Position numbers and translations under genes: made by a program. Below, piece by piece: positions 23,221 to 37,242 of a stretch of DNA of 62,529 nucleotides. The stretch is from Carcharhinus longimanus (Eukaryota). Numbering within the stretch: the stretch's first letter is position 1; every line of letters begins with the position of its first letter. The DNA is taken from the NCBI GenBank assembly GCA_030264375.1, contig JASCQW010000162.1, forward strand, positions 42,790,411 through 42,852,939, written 5' to 3'. Below the pieces are notes generated by a model. The model saw nothing but the letters and a program-made list of their open reading frames with translations. It searched no databases and was not told the origin of the DNA.

Positions 23221-25919
23221 TAGGATAATAAGCACAGCTAGGGGGAAACCTACCAACTTTAGTACAGACAGCTAATAATTATAAAGCTTGTTGTTCATCG
23301 AGGTTAAGGACAGTTAGATCAGGAAGTCTTGTTTGACAGAAGTAGGTTTGGAGTAAATAATTACAACTGTTTACAAGAATCAATGTCATGTGGTCTTATC
23401 CGTGACATGCATTTTGGTAGGCAAGATATAATGTACAAAGGAGTATAATTTTCACTAGTTTTTCAGAAGGCAAGCAAGATAGAATTTGACGTTGAGAAAC
23501 CTCTCTCTGTTTTAGGTTGAGCTGAACACTAAATTGAAGTGCCAGATTTTGTTCCATATATTACACTGTCAGCTGTCTCATGCTCACTTGACATGTATTA
23601 TTATGAACCATAGAAGGAAAGAGGTTGACTGCCAATAATCTGATGTTCTGCTGAAAGGACACACTTGTGTGCATGCTACATTGGTTCCTTTTTCAAACTT
23701 TGGGTGCATTTTGGTCACTACTCGCCTCCCTCTTGATTGCTTGTTTACTCCCTGCTCAGACTTTCCTGAAGGCCTCCACTGGCATCCTAGCTGGCCTATC
23801 TTTCTACCACTCCCACATCCCAGCAAGTTGCCACTGCAGGGGGCCACAGACTGGCATCCACAACTTGCCACTGCAATAATAATGAATCTAATGTGTGAAT
23901 TTACAATGAGCTGAGCAAAGAAGTGAAACAGAGCAGTGCTTCATTATGACTGGGCCCCAGATTGGATGAAATCCAATTTCTGGGCGGTTAAGCCTTGATA
24001 TTATATATCACACAATGCAATTTCCAGGTAATAAATTTTGATGTGATGCTAAATAGAAAAGTAAATACTGAAAAGCATAATACTGTTAATGTGAAAACTT
24101 TGGGTGGAATTTAAAAATCTATACTTTGAGATTATAGAAGAAGAATACTGAGCATGATTGTTGATGGCATTAATTAATGGGCTTAAGCTGCTAGTGATAG
24201 TCTCAAGAACTTTGTGAATTTCGAAGCTGCTTGTCCTATTAAATTTTGCTGCGTAGGAGGCTGCCAAGATTAGTTTCAGTGAAGGTTTTTTAAAAAAACA
24301 TCTTGACATTTGTGATAAAATGACAACTAGCTTCAGAGAAGATTTAATAACATTATATAACCTAATTTATTGCAATGCAAATGCCGAAGCAGTAAGGTTA
24401 TTTTAGATTTGCCATTAATTTACAACCAAATTTAACATACAAACATGATTAAGTATAGTTTGACTACTATTCTGTTTCTCTTTATATTTTCTGATGGATG
24501 CTGGCCTTGTACAGAATTTTCTAAGAGTCTGAAGAGCCACTTTCAGATTGTTGGACAATTTTTCCATACTATAAGCTGCTAATACTGCACATTTAGAGTT
24601 ACAGTACATTAATTTATTAGTACTTCTTGACTGAGATGTAAGAATCTATGCAAATGAATATTACTTCTTACACCAGGAATGGTAAAGGATGGGAAGTAAT
24701 AGTCAAATAGAAGAATTTTCCCCTGAAGTACAAATATTAATTTACTTTGTCTGCTGAAAAGGAGCATCAGAACATTATTTTCATTGCTGTGAAAAAAAAA
24801 CAATCTATCTAAGGTTCAGAGGATTCAAAAAGTTGTTAACTGGAGTATGCAATTATATATGCAACAGGATCCAAACCAAAAATCACACCCTTTTTTTCAA
24901 TACACTGCAGGTAATAAACAGCAGCACGAAGCACCAAAAAAATTCCTTCCAAGGACAAAAAGATGCGATAGTCAAACCCCTGCAAGAGACAGTCACAAGA
25001 TAAGTACAGAAGAGGAAGGTCGTTTGGCCTATCTTTGTTCTCATATCCAGACAAACTGTTTTTTAGTCATGCCATCCAACTGTTCCATAAACAATTTCAG
25101 AGAGTTTTGCCTCTACTAACCTGCTGAAGAGGGGATTCTAAGTGTGATTACTCTTTGTGCAAAGAGAAATTCCCTGACACTGTTCTGAAAAATACCAGTT
25201 TGAATCTTGTCCTACCTTCACAGTTTAATTTGAAGTGAATTTGTCTTTTAANNNNNNNNNNACACCATGTCTACCGATTCTGTTTCTCATTCTGGTCAAG
25301 AATTTATGAGCAGATTTCCCTCATGGCGAAAATCAAACGTCGTTGCGGGATGAGGGGATGGGGGAGTGCCAGGGGAGAGTGCAGTTGATCTGCCACTGGC
25401 CATTTTATACCATGATCAAAAATGAAAATGGCCCTGATCATTTATTTTCTTTAAAAGATGCGCATTCAGATCTTTTCTGAGTCAGAGGAAGACCACTCCT
25501 CAGGGGTTGTCATCAAGTTGTTTTCTAACAGATGTAGCACAGAATCCAATGTATGACTTCATATGAACCTTAAGGGTGAATAATTATTCCAAATATTTGC
25601 AGCATGTTTGAGTAATTTTTAAGCTACCCCTGCACTCATATTCATCTTTTCATCTCACTGGCCATCTTTCACTGCCCCACGTATTTTCAGTGGGTGGGCC
25701 TCACAAAGTTTGGGAGCTAGTTTGGTTAATTTTTCTCACTTCTGCAGTCCTTATTATTATATATTCTCTGAGCCTGGTTTGGACCGCTACCACATATTCA
25801 GAAATAAATATGCAGTGCATCCATTTCCTTACTTGTGTAAAGGACCTGAATTGTGCTTCAGTTAGAGTAATATGTATAGATTTGGATATGCCATTAAAAA
25901 GAAAGCATGTAAGTAATGG

Positions 25920-26188
25920 TGTAATGATGCACACTTACAGACTGTCAGGAGCACAAAGGTTATTTATTAACAAGGAACAACTGTACAGAGGCCAGCAACC
26001 TCTCGGCTGCCTGGAGCAGCCCACCAGCTGCCCTAGTATCTACAAATCTTCTGCATGCCTTCTAGATCTCTTCTACCTAAGAGAGGACTCAACCCTCCCG
26101 GGGTGATTACTCACTTTCATCCCTAATTGCTACCTCAAGCGAGGTGACCCTCTGCTGCTGTGCTTTTCTTAAAGGGACAATCATTACA
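25920..26188 (-). mobile_element. Solo LTR candidate
   Basis: Perfect 9-bp inverted termini TGTAATGAT...ATCATTACA (TG..CA) and an AATAAA on the minus strand near 25965. No clean TSD. Confidence 0.55.
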
Positions 26189-26497
26189 ATCACTGCAAAT
26201 GGGACAAATACCATGTACATTGACAGTACTGTTACCAAGGATAAGAGTTTACAATTCTGAAAGACTTGAGAGATTCCTTCACAGGAGCTGAGGAGGTTAA
26301 AAGATGACCTCAAAGAAGACATCGAGATTATGAAAAATTGTAGTGGGATAATTAATGGCATGATATTTCAATTGTTTGATAACAGGGTAATGAAGTTATA
26401 AATTTAAGACCTCACAAAGAATTGAGGGGAAAAGCATGAAGATTAACAGAGAGTGATTGGAATATCTGCTACATGATGTTGTCAAGGCAGAGTTCAT

Positions 26498-27210
26498 AGG
26501 TGAAATTCTCCCATTCTGGGACTAGGTTCCATGGCAGAGCGAGAACATGAGTGTTTCCCATTGCTGAGACCACCAAATTATCCAGCTAAATTAATTATGC
26601 GACCAGATGTTTTGTGCTGTATTCTGTGGGTGGGCAGGCCTGATTGTGTAGCCTGCCATCTTATCTGGGCATCATATTGAAAAAGTGTCCAACATCACTG
26701 ACCTACTATTAAAGAAAGAAGGTGGACCTCTTGTAAATGAAGATGGATCACCAGGAGGCTGGAGGATGGACCTCCTTTAGCACACATGCATCTGGAAGGT
26801 CCAGATCCACCTGCAGATGCACCCCCTACCCATTGCTATGTAGTGTTCTGGGATCCAGGGTTGCCAAAGCTTCCATCCTGGACCCCAGATGCAGCCTCAG
26901 ACATTGTTGATGTGAGTACTGACATCTGCACGCCACATTTTCCAAAATATTTATCATTGCCGTGTATTTCCAGTAGCACCATGGAGAATTGGGTGGCTGG
27001 GCATTCATCTGCATTCCATTCATGGGATTAAATGAGCCCCACGCCAGCTTCTTGCGGGTTTCCCGATTCAACATGGTGGGCACCAGTGGAAGATCCTGCA
27101 AGAATTTCATGCCAGCATAAACCTGATTACTGGCCTGACCACCAATTTCTACCCCTCCTCCCAGACTTGCCTTTGAACCTGCCAGTAAGGGCATGGGACA
27201 AATCTGTCCC
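26498..27210. mobile_element. Harbinger-type MITE inserted into a CR1 3' fragment
   Basis: Termini GGTGAAATTCTCCC and GGGACAAATCTGTCCC, with a GC-rich interior. Confidence 0.55.
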
Positions 27211-28779
27211 TTAAATTTTAAGAACAAAATTACTGATGATGGAAATCTGAAATAAGTCAGGAAATGCTTGAAATACATCACGTATCATGTGTGGAGAGAG
27301 AAAGGTTGGAGTCTGTTAACAAGTTTTCAACCTGAACATTAACACTATCTTCTTCTCTCCATTGATATTGTCTAATCTCTGCCAGCATTTCTAGCATATT
27401 CATAAATGCTTTGTTTGAAAAAGATAAGTATTAAGGATTGTTGAAAATGAAGTTGGAAATGGACTTGGACTGTGTTTTTTATGAGTAAACAAACAGCACA
27501 AATTTGATATGCTGAACAGTCTGTTCCTCTATTATAAAATTTGATCATTCTTACATTTTTCTAACTTATTAGCATTATTACAGTTATTTTCTGCAAACCA
27601 AGTGATGCTATTGAACATGATTGTCAAATCTATTCTATTATTTGCTGTTTTCATAATTCTTCCATGTACCAGTTTTTCGGAAGAGCACCATAAATTTGAT
27701 TTATCTTGTTTTGTCGTTTAAGATATTAAAATAAATCAAATCAAGTCCCAAGGACATGAGAACCTGTGAAACTCACTGTAGAGTTTCAGTAATACAGCAA
27801 TAAAATACCCGGGTTGCTAAGAATATTCCTATTTTAAAAGAAAAATGTGAATACATATTTTGAAGCATTTATCTAAGATGCTGTGCATAAAACAACTCTA
27901 ACGACTCTGTCTGTAACCTGCAGTGTCTTAAATGCATCTTTACTTCGGTGTTCAATAAAAAGTGAGAAAGCATTTCAGTAAATCCCTGCGGTACTGTGCT
28001 TTCACTCTGCAAAGCACTGCCAGGAACTGAGTTCAATCACCACTTGTAGATGCAGTTAAGTCAGAACTTTTTGAAAACCGAATGCAGCAATATCTTAAAT
28101 CAACAAAATTAATCCTTTAAAACCACAGAATCCAGTAGTTACATCCTGTAGATTTTTGATGCACAGGTAAGTACTTGCAGCTGTGTGGGAAAGTCTAATT
28201 AATAAACGAATGATGTTTTCACTTATGGTTTCTATAGTTACTGTAACTATTGTTAACCACAGACCGTTAGAAAAACATAATATTGAATATACAACTGAAC
28301 CCGTGAACCCACCATTTGAGACTGCATTGTGGAAGGCACTCAAAGATCTAACAGTATAATTCTAATCATCACAGATTCTGTTAGAAGAGTAATTCAGGCT
28401 CAATTTCCATATTGCCAACTTCCCATAATTTCTTGAAGATTTATCCGACTGTGTGAATTCATTATTTCTGATTGTGTAGAAATCGGTGAGGAAGCGGTTA
28501 CCAAAATATGTTGGATTGCAAACATTTTTTGACTGCCTTCCTTAAATGCCATTTGAGCTCCTCTACCCTCACTGAGATGGAACCACTTTGTAATCATAGA
28601 ACAATGCAAATCAAAGAACGATGAATAGTTAGCACAAATATAACTTTCCTTTCCCCACCTGCCTCTTTGCGGGGAGCTTGTGGAGCAGCAGGTTTCATTA
28701 CTTATGCAATTTGAATTTGCAGCTAGGTTGTTCATCTGTTCATAGTCAATGGGCAAAAATGCTAGACTCCAGTACAGAT

Positions 28780-29900
28780 TTAGTACAGACTCCAGTACAG
28801 TCCCTTTACCTTAAAAAGAATGTAGTAACGTTGGAGGCAGTCCAAAGGAGATTTACTGGGCTAACCCCCGGGAAGAGAGTGCTGACCTATCAAGTCAGAC
28901 TAGATAATCTGGGTCTGTAATCCTTAACATTTAGAGGAGTGACGGGTGACCTTATTCATACATAAAATCCTGAGGCGGCATAGCTGAAAATGCATGGAGC
29001 TTGGGAGCAGCAAATGGACACAAAAAAGACAACATACAAAGGTCCATGTAGATTGAGGAGAAAGAAGTGTCAATGAGGATGATCTATGATCAAACACCCC
29101 TATTGGAAAAACAAATAGAACTATAAAGATAAGTTAAGTATCTTATTCAAGTGAAGAATTCCTATGTCAAGACTTCTGAGCACTGTGGAGAGGTTCCAAT
29201 GATATTATGGGGTTCACAACTTTGTCCTTGGCAATTGTTCCAGAAACTAGTTCATAGCTAGTCAGCTACCAACTGGATATATGAATACCCAGCCAGCAGT
29301 AGTTTTTTCAAAGTCAGGTAGATGGTGAGATTCATTAATATGAGAGTCTCAAACAAGGTGACATAGCGAAAGATAAAGGACTGGTCATTTAAAACTGAGC
29401 TGCGTAGAAATTTCTTCTCACAGAAGGTGGTGAATTTCTGGAATTCTCTGCCGCAAAGGGTGATGGAGGCTAAATCATAAGAAATATTTGAAGTGGAGGT
29501 AGATAAATATTTAATAGATCATGGAATAGAGTGGCTGTGGGGAAATAACACAGAAAATTTGATTTGATTTATTTAGTGTATTAGTTAGTATACAGTGAAA
29601 ATTGTTTGTTGTGCACAATGCAGACAAAGTATACCGTACATAGAGAAGGAAAGGAGAGAGTGGAGAATGTATTGTAACAGTTATAGTTAGGGTATAAAAG
29701 AGTTAGAATAAAGTTTTAGAAGCGTAGAACAAGAGTAAAAGATAGAATTAGAAGGTATGCTGGGCATAGCTTGCAAGAAGTCACCATGCTCTGGTGCCAT
29801 CTTGGAGCTGAGGTTGGCATAGATCAACCATGTTCGTGCTGAATCGGGGACAGGTTTGATAGGCCTGGTTGCCAACTCCTGCTTCTAGTTCTTGTGTTCT
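28780..29900 (+). mobile_element. CR1 LINE 3' fragment containing an inverted insert (28981-29311) and a Rex1 tail (29558-29710, minus strand)
   Basis: SLYLKKNVVTLEAVQRRFTGL..YQVRLDNLGL. The CR1 sequence resumes after the insert with gtagatg..agaaatttcttctcacagaaggtggtg. Confidence 0.8.
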
Positions 29901-30600
29901 TGTGTTGTGTTCTTCTGATGTGATGAAAAGTAAACCTATTTATTGGCAGTAAAAGTACTGTGTGTATTAATTTTGAAGAGACATAATCCAGTTCTTACAG
30001 GAGGAGGACAGTCTAGCTGAAGAATGAATATTCCCATATTTCCTCTTGGAAGGATTTTACAAGTCTATTGGTAAAACAAAATGATTTTTTTTTCAAACAA
30101 AAACAGTCACTTCAAGGACTTTCTAATAAGGTCACTAACAAGGATAAGTTCTGGAATAGCTTCACTGATAACAATGGGAGACACAATGTCAAATCAACCT
30201 GGAACACGATCCAGAACTGCCATATCTTGAAAAAAACTACTGCTGGCTGGGAATTCATATATCCAATTGAAAGCTGACTAGGTTTGTGGATCTCTGGAAC
30301 AGTTCCCAAGGACAAAGTTGTGAACCCCATAACACCATTGGAACCCCTCCACAATGCTCAGTGCACACCCCCATCAGTGACATCGTTGGAGTAGCCTTGA
30401 TGCAAGAAGTCCTGACATAGGAATTCTCTACTTGGATAAGATATTTAATTTACCTTTATAGCTCTATCTTTTTTCAATAGGGGTGCTTTGAAAATAAATC
30501 ACTCCCATGGATACTTCTTTTTCCTGAATCTACATGGACCGTTGTATGTAATCTTTCCTCTGTCCATTTGCTGCTCCTAAGCTCCATGCATTTTCAGCTA
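28981..30600. repeat. Inverted duplication: 28981-29311 is the reverse complement of 30227-30600
   Basis: tagctgaaaatgcatggagctt..ggggttcacaactttgtccttgg..cccagccagcagtagtttttt matches the reverse complement of the downstream block. About 45 bp (about 30361-30404) is missing from the left copy. Confidence 0.93.
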
Positions 30601-31953
30601 CCTGCATCCTCATGTTGATTAAATGAACTTTTATCACTTTGCATCTGCACTAATTAATTCAAAGGTCTGGGAATTTCTTAAAATCATGGTTGTACTTTTT
30701 CAATTGGTTCACTTCCAGTTTCAAGAATTGGGTGGTGTGTGCTTATCTATAGAGACTGTAAATGAATTGGTTATTCTGTTATGGAAAATAAATCATGATT
30801 CCCACCTCCATCTCCCTGCCACACCCATGACACCTCCCCCACTCCATAACAGCATTGCAAAATGGACCTCCTTTTACATTCTGCGGTCTCATTGACTGAA
30901 ATAGCTATCGTTTAAAATTGAAAAATCTGGTGATGAGTCGGATCCTGAGGAAAGCACGTCAGAATGTTTGGAAACATTAGGAGGAGATTAATCAAGTTGT
31001 GGTGATTAGGTAAAGCCAAACTTGAATTTTAAATTTGGGTCTATGTGGCAAATTAAATAATTGGCTAAGCTTCTGAACATATCTCTAAAGAGCCTAGACA
31101 ATTCTTAGGTAAAAGATGGGTAATACATGGACCTTGTCACACCAGGTGGGAGAGACCAGATTCAACGTAATGACATGCTGGCTCAGAGCTGGTTGCCAGA
31201 ATCAAACATTTCACAGAAGTTTAATATTGGAAACTGCTGTGAAGGCTTAAATTTGAAATTAAATAAATCTGGCTATATTAAATGTTATTAGTTAATACAC
31301 TCACTCCCTTCCTTTGCTATAAATTTTCTTTCCTTTCTGGAGTTTGTCTCCATGTTTCTGGACGGATTATATTACAAAGGAAAGGGGCCTCGTCCAAGTA
31401 GTGAGATTATCTTAATGGGCTGGAAAACTAACTTTGAAGGTTTTCAGTGCCCAGGATCACAGGTCTACACCAAGGAAAGGAGAGATGGTTTATAATTGTT
31501 CCCACAAAGTCCAAAAAATTGTATTTCCCCCCTGAGATCTACAATTAGTTTTTTTGTGTGTTTTTAATGGAATTTAAATTCTATTTCTATATGTAGATAC
31601 TCGGATCCCAAGAAATATTTTTGGTAAAACAGTAAATGAAGAATACAGATAGTTGAAGACATTTCCTGCATATAGCTACTATTTTTTCTGACAAAATGCT
31701 AACCTTTCTCTTTCTGATTTGCAGTATCCCTACACCGATCTTTCGTTTCTTTATTGTTCAATTATCACGTTCATTTGCATCATCATTCCTTTTGTTATTT
31801 CATCACCCTGGTTTTCCACCCTCTCTCAGAGCTTTCGTTTTGTTCTTTCTTTCATATCCAACCCCCTCTCTGCTAAACTCTATCAATTCCTCAGTGTGTG
31901 CTGAAAACTTCTTGCAGCTGTCAAATTTTTCATTTCTGATGAAAAGTCACTGA

Positions 31954-32243
31954 ATGGCACAGTGGTTAGCACTGTTGTTTCACAGGACCAGGGACCTGAT
32001 TTCAAATCCTGGCTTGGGTCACTGTCTGTGTGGAGTTTGCACATTCTCCCTGTGTCTACATGGGTTTCCTCCGGGTGCTCCAGTTTTCACCCACAGTCCA
32101 AAAGACAAGATGATTAGGTGCATTGGCCATGCTAAAATTCTGCCTCAGTGTACATGAACAGGAATGTGGCGACAAGGGGGTTTTCACAATAACTTCATTG
32201 CAGTGTTAATGTAAGCCTACTTGTGACACTAACAAATAAACTG
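31954..32243 (+). mobile_element. Near full-length tRNA-derived V-SINE with tail type B
   Basis: A box tggcacagtggttagc, V domain gtggagtttgcacattctccc..gggtttcctccgggtgctc, and tail ttcattgcagtgttaatgtaagcctacttgtgacac. Confidence 0.9.
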
Positions 32244-32253
32244 TAAAAATGTT

Positions 32254-32830
32254 GGGTTTGAATTCCCCTGTTTTTGAGGCCAAGTGCCCATGCTGGCAGG
32301 AATAAGGGAATGTTTCCTGCTGGCGCTGATAGCGTCTTTCAGGTCGGATTCATCCACCTGAAAGATTTTAATAAGCTCATTTCGAGCAACCCGCTGGCCA
32401 GTCAGTCGTTCAGAGACCAGGCTGCCATTTTTAAATGGCTCCCCAATCTCTGTGATTGGAGACAGGACTTCTCCCCTCAAAAACAGAACATTGGCCCCTC
32501 ACTGCCCAGACGAGTACCACCAATTCCTCACCAAAGAAGGTCATCCTTCCTCCCACCCACAAACAATGGGTAACCCCCGCAACCACACACCACACAGGCA
32601 TGAAAGTAACCCAATCACCCCCAAACAGCACCTCCACAACTCAGCTGCTCTCCCCCTTCATCCTCCCACTCAGCCACCCTGCCCCTTAATCACTCCCCAC
32701 TCAGGGCCCCTTCTCCCTCAGACCCCTATTCTGCCCCCTTCAGGCTATGCACCTTGGAAGTGCCTTCAGTGCACTGTCCCCAGGGCTCTGGCATACACTC
32801 TGGCATTGACAGTCTGTAATTTTTTTCAAA
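32254..32830. mobile_element. Truncated Harbinger-type MITE
   Basis: Starts gggtttgaattcccc and has a GC/C-rich interior resembling the other MITEs here. Confidence 0.45.
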
Positions 32831-32849
32831 ACAATTGTGGCTAGCAAAA

Positions 32850-33360
32850 GAGGAAGTCCACATCAATGGGACGAAGTATAAAAAGTTGAGAGCATCACGT
32901 TTTCAGGTGTTCCAGATCACCAACAACCTTCCCTGGTCCTCCCATACCAACACTATAGTTAAGAAAGCCCACCAATGCCTCTACTTTGTCAGAAGAATAA
33001 AGAAATTTGACATGTCAGCTGCGACGCTCACCAACGTTTACAGATGCACCATAGAAAGCATTCTTTCTGGTTGTATCACAGCTTGGTATGGCTCTTGCTC
33101 TGCCCAAGACCGCAAGAAACTACAAAAGGTTGTGAATATAGCCCAATCCATCACACAAACCATCCATTGACTCTGTCTCAACTTCCCGCTGTCCTGGCAA
33201 AGCAGGCAACAAAATTAAGGACCCCACGCACCCCAGACATTCTCTCTTCCACTTTCTTCCATCAGGAAAAAGACACAAAAATCTGAGGACACCTACCAAC
33301 TGACTCAAGAACAGCTTCTTCCCTGGTGTCATCAGATTTTTGAGAGAAACTACCTCGCTT
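32850..33360 (+). mobile_element. Rex1/Babar-type LINE 3' fragment
   Basis: ITNNLPWSSHTNTIVKKAHQCLYF..YRCTIESILSGCITAWYGSC. Confidence 0.88.
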
Positions 33361-33699
33361 NNNNNNNNNNNNNNNNNNNNNNNNNNNNNNNNNNNNNNNN
33401 NNNNNNNNNNNNNNNNNNNNNNNNNNNNNNNNNNNNNNNNNNNNNNNNNNNNNNNNNNNNGAAGCGCTTGATGTGCTTTCAACTGTAAAGGGAAATGAAA
33501 ATCAACACAGGTGGCTGGAGGATGATAAAAATCCATTGATCTGTCAAAGGAAGTCTTTTTCAGTGCATTTGAATTTGTTAGAGAGCAAAGTTTGGAAAGG
33601 AAAAGAGAGAGGGTTTCAAAGAATTCAACTTGCTAGGAAGCCTTAGAATCTTCAATCAAAACAGTGTGCATACATTGACAACTATACAGAATGTCCTTT

Positions 33700-33852
33700 A
33701 GGGAAGGAAGTCTGTGACCCTTATCTTGTCTAGCCTACATGTGACTCCAGAGCCACAGGAATGTGATTGACTCTCAACTGTCCTCCAAGGGCAACTAAAG
33801 ATGGCTATAAATGCTGGCCAGCCAGCGATGCCCATATCCCACAACTGAATAA
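33700..33852 (+). mobile_element. SINE 3' fragment (tail related to 13750-13805)
   Basis: ggaaggaagtctg..gcctacatgtgactccag..aaatgctggccagccagcgatgccca. Confidence 0.55.
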
Positions 33853-34579
33853 CTCCCTCCCCCATCCCCAGATGAGATTGATATCTCCTTTTTCTCAGAT
33901 GACTTCAAAGGGGCCTGCTCATACCTGCAGCTTCTGACAGGGAGAAAGACTCTGCTGCAGAATGGAATGCTGTAATGATTTAAAAGCCTGCCAGGTGACC
34001 AGGGGCATGGAGGTTAAAGTGACCTGGCCACTTCAGAATTTGCACAGCTGTCAGGCAGGAATGCAGATATTAATCACAGGGCTGACTGAAATCACCATGG
34101 CAGGGCTGATCTTCAGGTGTGCCAGGGCAAGAAGGGNNNNNNNNNNAATACCCCTTGCACCAAGCCGAGCCCACCCAGTGAAGTTGGTGCAGACTTGATG
34201 GGCTGAATGGCCTCTTCTGCACTGTAGGAAGTCTATAATTCAATGAAATATAGTATGCTTACCTTCCCGACTATCCAGTCATCTTGAAGTCAATTTATCA
34301 AAATGCAATGAATCTGTAGTAGTAAAAAATTAAGCTCGAGGTGATATTATTTTGTTTCTGAAAAGTTGTTTATGCCAGTGTTACCGCCTGTCACTAATGA
34401 GTACGGCAAGGAATATAAAGCTATTATTGCTGTTTTAATTTTCATATTGCTCTTCAAGAAACGTCCAGTGAAATAATTCACAGGGGGCAAACTCATCAAC
34501 TTGTAGACACTCTGTGAACAATGGACAACTGTTCAAAGAGCAAAGTGCTGGGACAGATAAATGGATCACTGGACAATCA

Positions 34580-34873
34580 GCATCAGAAAGAGACTTATAC
34601 AGTCCATCTTCCCTGCTCTATTCTTGTTCCCCACACATTTATCATGGCTAATCCATTTAACTGTCGCATCTTGAGATGCTTAAGGGCAATTTAGCATGGA
34701 AATCCACCTAAATCACACATCTTTGGACTGTGAGAGGAAATCAGAGCAGCCAGAGGAAACCCAGGCAGACACAGGGAGGACGTGTAAACTCCACGCACAC
34801 TGTCACCCAGGGCCAGAATTGAACTGAGATCCCTGGAGTTATGAGGCAGTAGTGCTAACCACTGTGCTGCCCC
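34580..34873 (-). mobile_element. tRNA-derived V-SINE (HE1-like)
   Basis: The minus strand starts gggcagcacagtggttagcactactgcctca and continues into the V domain. Confidence 0.8.
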
Positions 34874-35314
34874 AGGCCGTGGATCCAACCTAATGTGATG
34901 AATGAAATTTTCTGGCTGTGGCTAGTTGTATTAGTCTTTTACTAGTCATTCAATGATTTTCTGCTGGTCCTATGCAGAAAACCTGCCCTCAAATGCATTT
35001 TCTGTTTCTTCTAGACCAACAATCTTGTACATGAATTCTTTAAAGGTTACTCATGACCCAGCAGCTGAGTTGAGGTTTGCTCACCTGTCCTTGAAATTCT
35101 GCTTATCAGCTTCAATAGATATTTTAAAATAAAGCAAGTCTTGTGTTGTAATTGATGGTTTAATTCTTGCCCAAGGCAAGGCAGCCTTATCGTCTTCCTT
35201 AAAGAAAAAGGACTTGGCATAAAAGGCAAATTACCTTTGGTAAATGTCAACAGAAGGAAATGTGTAAAGTCTTTTCCAATGTCTATCCAGGATGTTCATG
35301 AATTTCGAATTGAT

Positions 35315-35632
35315 CACCATGGTGGTACAGTGGTTAGCACTGCTGCCTCACAGGGCCGGGGACATGGGTTTAATTCTAGCTTCAGGTCACTATCTATGTG
35401 GAATTTGCACATCCTCCCTGTGTCTGCGTGGGTTTCCTCCAGGTGCGCCAGATTCCTCCTACAGTCCAAAGATGTGCTGGTTAGCTTGATTGGCTATGCT
35501 AAAATTGACCCTAGTGTCAAGGGGTATTAGCAGGATAAATATGTGATGTCACAGGAATAGGATCTGGGTGGGATTGTGGTCGGTACAGACTCGATGTGCC
35601 GAATGGCCTCCATCTGTGCTGTAGGGATTCTA
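35315..35632 (+). mobile_element. HE1-type V-SINE with CR1-like tail (type A)
   Basis: gtggtacagtggttagcactgctgcctcacag..V domain..gggattgtggtcgg..gaatggcctcc..gtagggattcta. Confidence 0.88.
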
Positions 35633-35671
35633 ACTTTCTAACCATTCAAATGAAGAGTGAAAAGCAAACAT

Positions 35672-35877
35672 TGCGCAGAATTTAGTCACTCTCCACGGTG
35701 TATTTCACAGAGAGGGAGGTGGCCTGCCGTTGTCTGACGGTGGGATCTTCGGGTCCCACCTCTGTCAACAGGATGTCCTGGTTATGCAACCCCTACCATC
35801 AGGAAACTCACTGCAGAGGTTGACCGTCAGTGGGACCGGAAGATCCCACCAGTGGAAATGGCCAGGAAATTGCGACA
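35672..35877. mobile_element. Short MITE with an internal hairpin
   Basis: ggtgggatcttcgggtcccac / gtgggaccggaagatcccacc form an inverted pair. Confidence 0.6.
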
Positions 35878-37242
35878 ATAGTCTTTGATGAACTGAGGTT
35901 AAAGGCCACAGGCTCAGATGAAATAAAAACAGAAAAAGTTGAAAATATTGGGGAAGTCTGTGGAGAGGCAAACAGAATTCAGTTTAAAGGTTGATAGCGT
36001 TCATCAGAACTCAGGTGAAGTTTAGTTCCCATTTTAAAGTCATGCATGCTGTTCTGTAAATTCTCATGTTCATGTGTACAATAGAATGTACACTTATCAT
36101 TAAATGTACCTTCCCATTTGTGGTACTGTTATATCATCTTCATGAGAGCTCAGTGTCATTACAGCATACCAAGCTTACATATAGAAAAATATCCATTCCA
36201 GCTTTGAATTTAGGAATTTATAATGGAACTAATTAATAGAACATGTGTGCATCATCAAGTTATGTAATGTTTCATTATATACTTGGTACCCTTCCATAAG
36301 TATCACAAACTTCATTCAAATATGAACCTATTTCATTGGGCATCTATTTTGTCATGTTTGGAAATTTTTATAAAAATGAATTATCCATTCAAAACTAAAC
36401 TGTTGCTTCGCTAACTTAATTACTAATATTGTAATAAACGTTTCAGCAGAGAAAACATTGTAATCCAAACAATGCTGGCTAAAATTAATCTTATCAAAGA
36501 TGACTAATCAGTTATTCTCCATGAAGAAAGGCAATGATTCCAGGAATTATTTTCAATTCTTTGCGAAGGTTTACAAGACAGATAGTATTCTGCAACCATC
36601 ATCTAAAACACCAAAGTGTAGTAATAGTAATGTCAATGAACGGTATCGACAGTTTACAATCTGTTAGGTTCATGTAAATGCAACATTCACATCTGCCTTC
36701 AACTCTCTTCACCCTCTTCTCATTAAGCTCCACTATTATTGTCGGTGTGGGCTCAATGTCCAGAAAGGCCTCATCTGTGCTGTATGATTCTATGATTAAC
36801 CATGTAGCCATATTTGTATCCCTCATTTTACTTCTTGTTAAAGCATCTTTTTGGGAAGTGACCACTACATTAACGTCAAGACTGATTTATCACAGAAGAG
36901 GATCTCACTGGTCCTTTCTTCACTGTGGATTGCTTGACATAGCTAGCTGCTCCATATAAAGCGGCTGTCACATTTTTCCTAGCAGGGACAACTTTGTCCT
37001 TTATGACTCCTGTTGCAACTTGCTCTGCATATTTTGACAGTAAAGAGTGTTTTATTTTGACACTAAATACGGCCATGTTTGTAAAGAATTCCAATGTTAA
37101 TGCCTCAGTCAAAGTGTCCGAGGTCTTTTTCACAAATTTATATACATAATCATTGTCTTATGTTTGGGTGGCCATGTCTCAACTTAATTTCAATTTGCGC
37201 CATCCATTCATAACTTCTTATGCGTATTGTTAGGCACTTATG

